Assembly: GCF_964204865.1 (NCBI RefSeq) | Contig: NC_135256.1 | Coordinates: forward strand, 16,864,001-16,928,000 | Origin: Styela clava | Lineage: Eukaryota | Direction: 5' to 3' | Length of the DNA stretch: 64,000 bases | Shown here: piece by piece, positions 27,035-39,501 of the stretch | Layout of the letters: each line of letters begins with the position of its first letter | Position numbering within the stretch: position 1 is the stretch's first letter | Made by a program: the position numbers and the translations under genes | Notes under the pieces: generated by a model | Database searches by the model: none | What the model was told of the DNA's origin: nothing | Seen by the model: only the letters and a program-made list of their open reading frames with translations

Positions 27035-29786
27035 TATTTATAATGGTAATCGTTGGTCTGTGCACAAATCTGATGAATGAAAACGAAGTTAACTTCATCC
27101 AGTTATATACCAATTACATCATGACATTACTGTTATTTTATCATCCATGTCTGTATATTGCGTATTGTTATCTTCATTTTACCATGACTAGCATCTGGTT
27201 ATTTACATCAGTCGTTTCCTTTTCATCAAGGGAGATTTTCCTTGCCTCATCTCAGCATGCTACTGCAGTACAACTACCAATTCTTTGATAAGAGTCCATC
27301 ACAGTTGCTATAACATGCTGAGTCCGTAAATCTTTTTGTTGTGACAAATTTTCTGCGTTGTGATCACAAGAAATAATGATATTTGAAAATTCTATCAAAT
27401 TCTAAGTTTAGTTTTTTTACAGTTTGGACATGAGAAATTCTGATACGCCTTGAAATATATTTTGGTGGAGAACAAGGTTATTTGTGCCAAGTGAGGTCAA
27501 GTTTATTTTTTTCAACTGGTAAAAAAGTCAGTTTTACAAAAAATACGAAGACAAAATATAATCAAACATTTCAACTGAGGAATGGAAGCCGCGAGAAACC
27601 ATATAAACTCATATTAAGAAAGATTCAATATGTGAATGCGGTCAACGAATATTTTATCAAGACATAATCTTTTTAATGCTAACATCAGAAGATTATGGCC
27701 TCGATAAATAAAGGGTTGGCTGTCATATAAGTTGCGTGAATTCCATGATGTTGATTTTTTTGCACAAAATTTTAATGACCAAAATCTTTAAAATTTGATA
27801 GCTAACCAAGCTAGAAGATAGGAAAATTATTTTTTACTCTAGACGTTTTTCACGGCATGCTTACTTGAAGGAATTATTGAAAACAAAATCTACATGGAAT
27901 TTTTTCCGGGATCCACTGAAGGTCGTCAAAGTATGAGCCGTCGACAATGCCGAAATCCAATACATATTCCAAAGTTATGACAGAACAGCATTAAAATCAG
28001 GATCCTTTCTATGATGATCACTAAAATTTATGTATATTTAAGTATATTTGAAGAAATCTTAATTTATTTATTTACGAGATACACACTACATATTGTAATT
28101 TTTTTTTAGTAGGGATAATCTAATTATCTACATTTGTCATATCTGTTTAATCAATAACGAGTTTCTTTGATTAGTAGAAAACAATCGCAATATCATGTTG
28201 AGTCGGTAATTCGTTTGTTCATTTGAAATGGGATAACCGATAACAGTTTGAATAAAAAAAATTCTCGACTCATAATAATGCTGTCTTTGTAACAAGCTTT
28301 ATATTTATTGACAAGTGCGTTTGAGTAGATTTATTTATCAACATTTTCGAATTTCAATTTCCGAATTCTTGATGTTAATGACTGTATATTACGGATTATC
28401 ATCTCTATTATAAGGTTGTGATAAAAAAGTTATCTGTATTTTACATTGCCGTTCATTCAAGATAGAGTTTCTTTGATTAGTAAATAACAATAGCATGCTG
28501 AGTCAGTAATTCTTTTGTTCTCCTGAAATGATATGAGACAACCGATAACAGTTTAAATGCGGAAGATGGCTTCTCCCAACCATCACGAACTTCTTTTCTC
28601 ATCTAAAATTATATATAATTATTACGTGAGAAATTTTATTGAAGTTTGGTGAATGAAACATCGTGTTTTCTAAATTTTGGTATGCATATGATTTTTGAGG
28701 CAATGAGAAAAAGAAAAAAATGTAATGTGAATGAAGCTAAAACTGTAATTTCTTCAGCATATCTATACGTTATCATCACAATAAAAAATGATTTTTGATC
28801 TTATTATTTTATCTTAATTAATATATTCTTTGTCATAACAAGAGAGCAATGGACACGAAGACTCAATAACTAACTACGAGATACCGAAATGTTGCAGGGT
28901 ATCGAGTTCGCAAAACAAAATCGAAGTACAGCTGTGACGATGATTTAGCAAAACGATCCAAATGGCCTCTCTAACACAGTACATACAGCCAACGCGAAGT
29001 TTTCATTCAATATTCCTGCGCAAGTTTTTTTTTAATTTAACATATTTTGGTCATTAGAATTTTGTCAAAAATCAACATCATCTAGTTTATTCAACTTATA
29101 AGACAGCCGACCATTCATTTAGACCTTTTATTGAGGCCACATTCTTCTGATGTTAGCATTAAAAAAATTATGTCTTGATAAAATATTCGTTGACCGCATT
29201 AAGATATTGAAGCTTTCTTTATATGAGTTTATTTGGTTCCTCACTGCTTCCTTCCCTAGTTGAAATGTACGATTATCTTTTGTCTTCGTATTTTTTGTAA
29301 AACTGACTGTTTTACTGATTGGAAAAAATAAACTTGACTTCACTTGGCACAAATAACCTTGTTCTCCACTAAAATATATTTTAAAGCGTATCAGAATTTC
29401 CCATGTCCAAACTGTAAAAAAATAAATTTAAAACTTGATAGAATTTTCAAATATCATTATTCCTTGTGATCACAACGTAGAAAATTTGTCACAACAAAAG
29501 GATTTACCGACTCAGCATGTTGTGGACTCTTATCAAAGAATTGGTAGTTATACTGCAGTAGCATGCTGAGATGAGGCAAGGAAAATCTCCCTTGATGAAA
29601 AGGAAACGACTGATGTAGATAACCAGATGCTAGTTATTGTAAAATGAAGATAACAATACGCAATATACAGACATGGATGATAAAATAACAGTAATGTCAT
29701 GATGTAATTGGTATATAACTGGATGAAGTTAACTTCGTTTTCATTCATCAGATTTGTGTACAGACCAACGAATACCATTGCAAATA

Positions 29787-31287
29787 ATGTTTCGCTTCCA
29801 ACAAAATCATCAAAATCAATGGGTGCAAGATCTTACTTCGTGGGGCTATGGTTCTAATTATACAGAGCAACCTGAATCGACATTGGAAGCCACAGTTTTA
29901 GTGAATCATTCCAATAATAATATGTTGCAATTCCAAGCAACAAACCCACCTAATTTAATAACCAACATTAATGCTCGTCTGTGCGACGAAGAACTTTGGC
30001 AAAAGTTTTCTGATGTTGGGACTGAAATGGTGTTGACAAAGAAAGGAAGGTAAAGACAGTTCTTATTATTTTCAGATTTGTTTTTATTATATTTCTGTTT
30101 TGCATTATTTTAACAATCTTAATTTTTGCAGGAGAATATTTCCAGGCTATCGAGTAAAGTTTTCAGGATTGGATCCAAATGCGCTTTACAACGTGATGCT
30201 TGACATCGTCCAGATTGATTCGAACCGATATAGGTTTCAGGTTTGTAATTCATGAGGACTTCTCTTAAATAAATTCATCGTACTTTATATTTTATATAAT
30301 ATATTATAATACAACACTTTATTTCATTAGAGCGGGCAATGGATTGTGGGTGGAAAAGGAGAAATTCCCCATAAACAAAACCACTACGTCCATCCAATTT
30401 CCGAAGTTACTGGACAAAAATTGATGGAAGAAATTGTATCATTTCATAAAGTCAAGCTTACAAATACTACTGCAAATCGATCCCATGATACGGTACGTGA
30501 ATAATAATTTTGGTTTCATCCACTAATATCTCAATGTATAAAGAAGTGTATTAAATATTCTGCACCGTCTATCATAACGTATTTGTATTTTTTTTCTCAG
30601 ATTGTTCTCCATTCAATGCATCGGTATCAAATTCGTGTTCACCTCTCAAGATCAGACAATCAACATAATATTCAAACATTTGAATTTCCACAAACAACTT
30701 TCATCACTGTAACAGCTTATCAAAATTCCGAACTTTCTCAACTTAAAATAAAAAACAATCCATATGCTAAAGGATTCCGTGCTGATGGAAAACGGAAAAA
30801 CAAAAGAACGTGCTCAAATGAGGATGAATATTTGCATAACGTTTTAGAAACAAAGAAAGTATGCAAATGGGATCAACAACAAGAATTGGAACGTAGCTAT
30901 ATTCATTATAATTCATCTTTTGCAGTGGACAATACAGATTTCTGTTTTCGGTCGCAAGAACATTGCCCACCCAATATCTACAAAAACAATACTCCAACTC
31001 ACCAGCCTTTACAAATGTATTTCAATTCTCCCAACTCAATTGCGTCGCTGGATTATGATCATCAAACACTCTACTCTGGCGATTCTGCAACAATTAACGA
31101 AACACAATCTCCGCAAAGTTTGGAAAGAGTCGACCACACCGAGACTCTGTGGAAAGACAATTTGTTAGATGAATTGTGTAATGACAATATTGTATATTAT
31201 GACGATCCGGGATATGTTTCAGCATCTCCAGCTGAATTTTTAGATAATGATGATGTTTCACAATTTCTGTTTGAAATCGAATCATGA
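29787..31287 (+). CDS. Tbx6-r: T-box transcription factor, Tbx6-related (copy D, 406 aa)
   Basis: Exons 29787-30049, 30132-30240, 30331-30492, 30601-31287; intact frame. Confidence 0.9.
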
Positions 31288-31450
31288 GTTTTATTTTACA
31301 AATACTATAATTTAACTTCCAATATAGTTCCTTTTATTTGAAAGTTTTGGAAAATAAATAATCAACCGATAAATATACTATGTGTTCGTTATTCCGATTG
31401 ATAGGCGAGTGAAAGTTTTACATGTTGTTAATTAGAACGTTCCTATTCTC

Positions 31451-31900
31451 AAAATCCTTGGGAATCTCAGGGATAGTGGTCTTCATGCTCAAGTTCCTGA
31501 AAACCAGACATTTAAGTGAAAGAGAACTTTTCTCTAAAAACTGTTACCAACCTTTCCAAAGATGAGGTAATATTAATTTTAATTTACAATTTTGCACTAA
31601 AGACGAAAGACAGAAAGAAAGACCAAATTATGTCGTATTTTTTTTTAATATAACCGAATAGATTATTGAAGCTTTAAATTTGATATAAAGCTTTCCAGGC
31701 TAGAAGATAGGTAAATGATTTTTTACTCTAGACGTTTTTTCACCTTTAGACAAATCTATGCAACTTGAATCTGTGCCACAAATACTCACCAGCCAATCTA
31801 TCCTGTATGAACCACAAAACAATAAAAGCGTCATGCTAACTTAGAGCAATTATTGGAAACAAAAGCTACATGAAATTTTTTCCAGCCCCCACTGAAGGTC
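31451..31900 (+). pseudogene. Relic of the TSP1 exon and following exon of the 9189-14073 gene (representative copy; present in every Tbx unit)
   Basis: GGGAATCTCAGGGATAGTGGTCTTCATGCTCAAGTTCCTGA vs GGGAATCGTGGGGAAAGTGGTCTTCGTGCTCCAGCTCCTGC (13206); TTTAGACAAATCTATGCAACTTGAATCTGTGCCACAAATACTCACCAG vs TTTAGACAAAGCCATGCAACTTGGATCTATGCAATAAATACTCACCAG (13397). Contains stops. Other copies ~20670-21120(-), ~24920-25370(-), ~32810-33250, ~39580-39900, and a split copy 17355-17475(-)/27790-27920(+). Confidence 0.8.
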
Positions 31901-32114
31901 GTCAAAGTATAAGCCGTCAACAATGCCGTAACTCTAATACATATTCCAAAGTTATGACAGAACAGCATTAAAATCAGGATTCTTTTTATGTGGATTTTTG
32001 GCAACTGTCAATTGCGCCTTGCGCCAAAGTTTTTCGATACGGAAGAACAATTGTTCGATAAGTAAAAATAGCAATATCATACTGAGTCAGCGAATTCTTT
32101 GATCCAGAAAATCT

Positions 32115-32642
32115 TGAATCGACATTGGAAGACACAGATTCAAGAAATCATCCCAATAATAATATGCTGCAATTCCAAGCAACAAACCCACCTAATTTAA
32201 TAACCAACATTAAAGCTCGTCTGTGCGACGAAGAACTTTGGCAAAAGTTTTCTGATGTTGGGACTGAAATGGTGTTGACAAAGAAAGGAAGGTAAAAACA
32301 GTTCTTATTATTTTCCGATTTGTTTTTAATATATTTCTGTTTTGCATAATTTTAACTATATATTTTTTTGCAGGAGAATATTTCCAGGCTATCGAGTAAA
32401 GTTTTCAGGATTGGATCCAAATGCGCTTTACAACGTTATGCTTGACAATTAACGAAACACAATTTCCACAAAGTTTGGAAAGAGTCGACCACACCGAGAC
32501 TTTGTGGAAAGACAACTTGTTAGATGAATTGTGTAATGACAATATTGTATATTATGACGATCCGGGATATGTTTCAGCATCTCCAGCTGAATTTTTAGAT
32601 AATGATGATGTTTCGAAATTTCTGTTTGGAATCGAATCATGA
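32115..32642 (+). pseudogene. Truncated, internally deleted Tbx6-related pseudogene (copy E)
   Basis: Lacks promoter and start of exon 1; exon 2 (ATGCTTGACA) is fused out of frame to exon 4 (ACAATTAACG), removing ~887 bp and creating a TAA. Confidence 0.9.
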
Positions 32643-35396
32643 GTTTTATTTTACATGCTGTGATTTAATTACCAATATAGTTCCTTTTTTTTGAAATTTT
32701 TTTAAAATAAATGATCAACCGATAGATATACGATGTGTTCGTTATTCCGACTGGTAGGCGAGTGAAAGTTTTATAATATGTTGTCAATTAAAACGTTCCT
32801 ATTGTCAAAATTATTGGGAATCTCAGTTATATTGGTCTTCATGCTCAAGCTCCTGAAAACCAGACATTTAAGTGAAAGAGAACTTTTCTCTAATAAAAAC
32901 TGTTACCACCCTTCCCAAAGATGAGGTAATATTAATTTTGATTTGCAATTTTGCACTAAGGACGAAAGCAGAATAAAAGACCAAATTACGTCGTAATTCT
33001 CTCAATATAACCAAATTGATTATTGAAGCCCTAAATTTGATATAAAGCTTACCAGGCTAGAAGATAGGAAAATGATTTTCACTCTAGACGTTTTTCAACT
33101 TTAGACAAATCTATGCAACTTGAATCTGTGTCACAAATACTCACCAGCCAATCTATCCTGGAAGAACCACAAAACAATAAAAGTGTCATGCTAACTTAGA
33201 GCAATTATTGGAAACTAAAGCTACATGAAATTTTTTCCAGAACCCACTGAAGGTCGTCAAAGTATAAGCCGTCCACAATGCCGTAAATCTAATACATATT
33301 CCAAAGTTATGACAGAACAGCATTAAAATCAGGATTCTTTTTATGTGGATTTTTGGCAACTGTCAATTGCGCCTTCAAAATGACAGATTTTTTAAAGTTT
33401 TTCCGATACGGAGGAACAATTGTTTGATAAGTAAAAATAGCAGTATCATACTGAGTCAGCGAACTCTTTGATCCAGAAAATCTGCCAGGAATATGAATGG
33501 AGAAATATACGTGACATCACGCCGCCAATGATTTATTTTTTCTCGTTCTTTCGCAAATGTGTATGTATACACAGTTAAGATTCTATGAAATTGGTGATGA
33601 TCACTAAACTTTATGATAAGTAAATTTGAAAAAACCCTAATTTATTTATTTACGAGTTACACACTACGTATTATAATTTTTATTTTTTAGTAGGGATAAT
33701 CAAATTATTTACATTTGATATTTCCGTTTATTCAATAACGAGTTTCTTTGATTAGTAGAAAACAATTGCAATATCATGTTGAGTCGGTAATTCGTTTGTT
33801 CTTCTGAAATGATAGGGATAACCGATAACAGTTTGAATAAAAAAAAACTCGAGTCTCCTCGACTCTAAATAATGCTGTATTGATAACAAGCTTTAAATTT
33901 ATTGACAAGTGCGTTTGAGTGGATTTATTTATCTAAATTTTTCGAATATTAATTTCCGAATTCACGATGTTAATGACTGTATATTACGCATTATTATCTC
34001 TATATTATAAAGTTGCGATAATGAAATTATCTGCATTTCACATTGCCGTTCATTCAAGATAGAGTTTCTTTGATTAGTAAATAACAATTGCAATAGCATG
34101 CTGAGTCAGTAATTCTTTTGTTTTCATGAAATGATATGAGACAACCGATAACAATTTAAATGCGGAAAATGGCTTCACCCAATCATAACGAACTTCTTTT
34201 CTCATCTAAAATTTGATATAATTAACACGTGAGATATTTTATACAAGTTTGGTGAATGAAATATCGTGTTTTTTTTAAAGTTCGGTATGCATATGATTTT
34301 TGAGGCAATAAGAAAAAGAAATATATGTGATGCAAATAATGTTAAAACTGTGAATTCCTCAGCATATCTATACGTTATCATCACAATAAAAAAATGATTT
34401 TTGATCTTATTATTTTATCTTAATATATTCTTCGTCATAACAAGAGAGCAATTGACACAAAGGCTCAATAACTAACTACAAGATACCGAAATGCAAAACA
34501 AAATCGAAGTACAGCTGTGACGATGATTTAGCAAAACGATACAAATGGCCAGTACATACTCTACTGTACATACTCTAATACAGTACATATAGCCAACGCG
34601 AGGTTTTAATTCAAGATCCCTACGCAAGTTTCTTTAATTTAACATATTTTGGTCATCAAAATTTTGCGTAAAAAATCAACATCATGGAGTTTATGCAACT
34701 TATAAGACAGCCGACCATATATTTATTGAGGCCAGATACTTCTGATGTTAGCATTAAAAAGATTATGTCTTGATAAAATATTCGTTGACCGCATTCACAT
34801 ATTGAAGCTTTCTTCATATGAGTTTATATAGTCCCTCGCGGCTTTCCTTCCCCAGTTGAAATGTATGATTATCTTTTGTTTTCGTATTTTTTGTAAAACT
34901 GACTTATTCGCTGGTTGGAAAAAATAAAATTGACTTCACTTGGCACGAATAATCTTGTTTTCCGCTAAAATATATTTTGAAGCGTATCAGAATTTCTCTT
35001 CAGCCCAAACTGGAAAAAGATAAACTTAAAATTTGATAGAATTTCCAAATATCATTATTCCTTGTAATCACAACGTTGAAAATTTGTCACAACAAAAAGA
35101 TTTACCGACTCAGCATGTTACAGTAATTGTGATGAACTCTTATCAAAGAATTGGTAGTTGTACTGCAGTAGCATGCTGAGATGACCCAAGGAAAATCTCC
35201 CTTGATGAAAAGGAAACGACTGATGTAGATAACCAGATGCTAGTCATTGTAAAATGAAGATAACAATACGCAATATACAGACATGGGTGATAAAATACCA
35301 GTAATGCCATGATGTAATTGGTATATAACTGGATGAGGTTAACTTCGTTTTCACTCATCAGATTTGTGCACAGACCAACGAATACCATTGTAAATA

Positions 35397-36897
35397 ATGT
35401 TTCGCTTCCAACAAAATCATCAAAATCAATGGGTGCAAGATCTTACTTCGTGGAGCTATGGTTCTAATTATACAGAGCAAGTTGAATCGACATTGGAAGC
35501 CACAGCTCCAGTAAATCATCCCAATAATAATATGTTGCAATTCCAACCAACAAACCCACCTAATTTAATAACCAACAATAATGCTCGTCTGTGCGACGAA
35601 GAACTTTGGCAAAAGTTTTCTGATGTTGGGACTGAAATGGTGTTGACAAAGAAAGGAAGGTAAAAACAGTTCTTATTATTTTCAGATTTGTTTTTAATAT
35701 ATTTCTGTTTTGCATTATTTCAACAATCTTAATTTTTGCAGGAGAATATTTCCAGGCTATCGAGTAAAGTTTTCAGGATTGGATCCAAATGCGCTTTACA
35801 ACGTGATGCTTGACATCGTCCAGATTGATTCGAACCGATATAGGTTTCAGGTTTGTAATTCATAAGAAATTCTCTTAAATAAATTTGTAGTATTTTATAT
35901 ATATAATATATTATAATAGAACACTTTATTTCATTAGAGCGGGCAATGGATTGTAGGTGGAAAAGGAGAAATTCCCCATATACAAAACCACTACGTCCAT
36001 CCAATTTCCGAAGTTACTGGACAAAAATTGATGGAAGAAATTGTATCATTTCATAAAGTCAAGCTTACAAATACTACTGCAAATCGATCCCATGATACGG
36101 TACGTAATAAATAATTTTGGTTTTAATCACTAATATCTCAATGTATAAAAAAAATGGAGTAAATATTCTGAACCGTCTTTCATAGCGTATTTGCATTATT
36201 TTTTCAGATTGTTCTCCATTCAATGCATCGGTATCAAATTCGTGTTCACCTGTCAAGATCAGACAATAAACATAATATTCAAACGTTTGAATTTCCACAA
36301 ACAACTTTCATCACTGTAACAGCTTATCAAAATTCCGAACTTTCTCAACTTAAAATAAAAACCAATCCATATGCTAAAGGATTCCGTGCTGATGGAAAAC
36401 GGAAAAACAAAAGAACGTGCTCAAATGAGGATGAATATTTCCATATCGTTTTAGAAACAAAGAAAGTATGCAAATGGAATCAACAACAAGAATTGGAAAG
36501 TAGCTACAATATTCATCATAATTCATCTTTTGCAGTAGACAATACAGATGTCTGTTTTCGGTCGCAAGAACATTGCCCACTGAATATCTACAAAAACAAT
36601 ACTCCAACTCACCAGCCTTTACAAATGTATTTCAATTCTCCCAACTCAATTGCGTCGCAGGATTATGATCCCCAAACACTTTACTCTGGCGATTCTGCAA
36701 CAATTAACGAAACACAATCTCCACAAAGTTTGGAAAGAGTCGACCACACCGAGACTTTGTGGAAAGACAACTTGTTAGATGAATTGTGTAATGACAATAT
36801 TGTATATTATGACGATCCGGGATATGTTTCAGCATCTCCAGCTGAATTTTTAGATAATGATGATGTTTCGAAATTTCTGTTTGAAATCGAATCATGA
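35397..36897 (+). CDS. Tbx6-r: T-box transcription factor, Tbx6-related (copy F, 407 aa)
   Basis: Exons 35397-35659, 35742-35850, 35938-36099, 36208-36897; intact frame. Confidence 0.9.
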
Positions 36898-36988
36898 GTT
36901 TTCTTTTACAAATACTATAATTTACCTTCCAATATAGTTCCTTTTATTTAAAAATTTTGGAAAATAAATGATCAACCAATAGATATAC

Positions 36989-39501
36989 TATAGCAACTAA
37001 CCCCCAAATGTACCCCATTTCATGTTAAAAATATGAAAACAAAGTTAATTCCATTTATAGCATAAATGGATGTGATGTTACCGTATATTGCTATTTCGTA
37101 GATTGTCTCTGACTTGCAAGTCACCCGTTCACTCTTCAGCTTCAACGCCCACGTGAATGAAGATGCGTTAAAAATCTCTATATGTTTTTATTTGTAAATT
37201 TCCACAACACACAGAATATAAATCTTATAACATTTATCCAGACTAGCTTAGAATGGTTTACATCGTCTTCTCTCCTATCGAAAGATATCGGAGTCGTATT
37301 TATACGTCGATCATAAATCTAATTAAATGCTGTAAACGTGAGCTCGTGATTTACGTTATAACCAGAAATTCCTATTATCTCAATAAGGGTAATTATGTAC
37401 ATCGTACGGATGGGAACTTAGATATAATTATTTCAATCAGTGCCAAAGGTCTTGAGAATATAGATTTTAATTTGATAATGACTGGATGGAACCTGTTATG
37501 TTCTTAAAACTGGTGTAATTTAATTCCTACGAAAGTCTTTGTTCGAATTTTGGGAAAAATTAACTTTGTCATGATGATTTCAACATGAAATGGGGTACAT
37601 TTGGGGGTTAGTTGCTATATTATCTCCCCATCTTACTAACTGGAAGTTTAAAGATTTGGCACCCTCTAATAAAGTGGAAATATATCGAAAAATACAATAC
37701 ACAATGCTAAAATTAAGGATATTAGTAAAATATATTTACATGTATATGATCTACAATGAGACACGACATTGAAATAAAGAAGAGTTTATAGAAAGAGTAA
37801 AGATTGTAAAGTAGAATTACAGAAGGATGGCGTATTTTTATTTTAAAAATTTTGGTTTGGTCGGTTAAAACATATTTTCAATTCAATGTATTTCGCTAAG
37901 TTAAAATACTTAATGCTCGCATTATCGCATTGTTACGATTTTGTAGACCTAGTTGGTCAATATATGCTTGTCCCATGTCGGGAAGAAAAAACGCATTTTT
38001 ACGTTTATGCCATCTCAGGGCTTTTTTGAAAAAATAACGCTTTTGATACAATTTTTGTTTAACGAGCTTATTATTTCACCGTTCTATATGACGGCTTTGT
38101 AAATAATTAAAAGTATGACTCGCTCGAATCTACTTTTAGAGAGCATTTTAATGATAACGAAATCTATTTAATCGAAAAGGAATGTTAACCACAAATATTT
38201 AATAATATAAATCTCTGAAAGGTATTTGAAATTAAAATATTCAAAGTTGTTACCATTAAATAATTTATAAAATTAAAAGTCGAATGAAACGCCATGTATA
38301 TATAAGAAGAAAAAGAAGTACTTTACCTTAGTATTAGTGGAAGAATGAAAAATGTCTGTCTCAATGAGAAGAAAAACCTGCAAATCATGAAACAAATTGT
38401 AGAATGACATGCTCCTGATCTGTATATCCATTAGGTACGCGCGACAATTCCTCTCTCTATTATTCGGAATAGAGCGCGTAATTTACCGTAAAACAGTCCA
38501 TATAGTTCATTGTTTTCAACAGTTCGTTTTTGATTAGGTTTTTCACCTCGAACATATATCATGTTCTAAAAGAGTTCATTTCGATCGATGTTCAATACAG
38601 TCCATATTCATGATTTTAACGTTTCCAGAGTCCGTTACCATAGTTCAACTGTTTTCAATTGAAATTATTGTCTTTTCATAATGTTTTTGATTATTTCGGC
38701 TTGTCAACAATTTGCTACTTCAATCGTTGTTCCAGGCAATTTGAATCTCCCCGACGTTCGTAAGTTGGTCGAATTTGATTTTTGCACGTTTTGTAGAGAC
38801 GGTTTCTCGGCAATTGTTGGAAGCTTCTGCTTGGTCAGCTTTTTCTGTTGATTCCGTCCAATTGTTGCTTGTCCTGGTTGTTGTCCGTTGATCTGGTCCG
38901 TTTCAGAAGGTTAATTCAAGTCGGCTTTGTCACCATTTATAGCATAAATGGATGTGATGTTACCGTATATTGCTATTTCGTAGATTGTCTCTGACTTGCA
39001 AGTCACCCGTTCACTCTTCAGCTTCAACGCCCACGTGAATGAAGATGCGTTAAAAATCTCTATATGTTTTTATTTGTAAATTTCCACAACACACAGAATA
39101 TAAATCTTATAACATTTATCCAGACTAGCTTAGAATGGTTTACATCGTCTTCTCTCCTATCGAAAGATATCGGAGTCGTATTTATACGTCGATCATAAAT
39201 CTAATTAAATGCTGTAAACGTGAGCTCGTGATTTACGTTATAACCAGAAATTCCTATTATCTCAATAAGGGTAATTATGTACATCGTACGGATGGGAACT
39301 TAGATATAATTATTTCAATCAGTGCCAAAGGTCTTGAGAATATAGATTTTAATTTGATAATGACTGGATGGAACCTGTTATGTTCTTAAAACTGGTGTAA
39401 TTTAATTCCTACGAAAGTCTTTGTTCGAATTTTGGGAAAAATTAACTTTGTCATGATGATTTCAACATGAAATGGGGTACATTTGGGGGTTAGTTGCTAT
39501 A
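36989..39501. mobile_element. Composite non-autonomous TIR DNA transposon (two MITE copies plus 1.3 kb passenger), 4-bp TSD ATAC
   Basis: 38-bp perfect TIR TATAGCAACTAACCCCCAAATGTACCCCATTTCATGTT at 36989, inverted at 37582-37619 and 39464-39501; 37051-37619 repeated apparently identically at 38933-39501; the empty site ATATACTATGTG in other units becomes ATAC-[element]-ATAC. Confidence 0.85.

Noticed and set aside
37253-37507. 84-aa ORF duplicated at 39135-39389 as a transposase or gene
   Set aside because: No recognisable motif; the identity reflects the MITE duplication.
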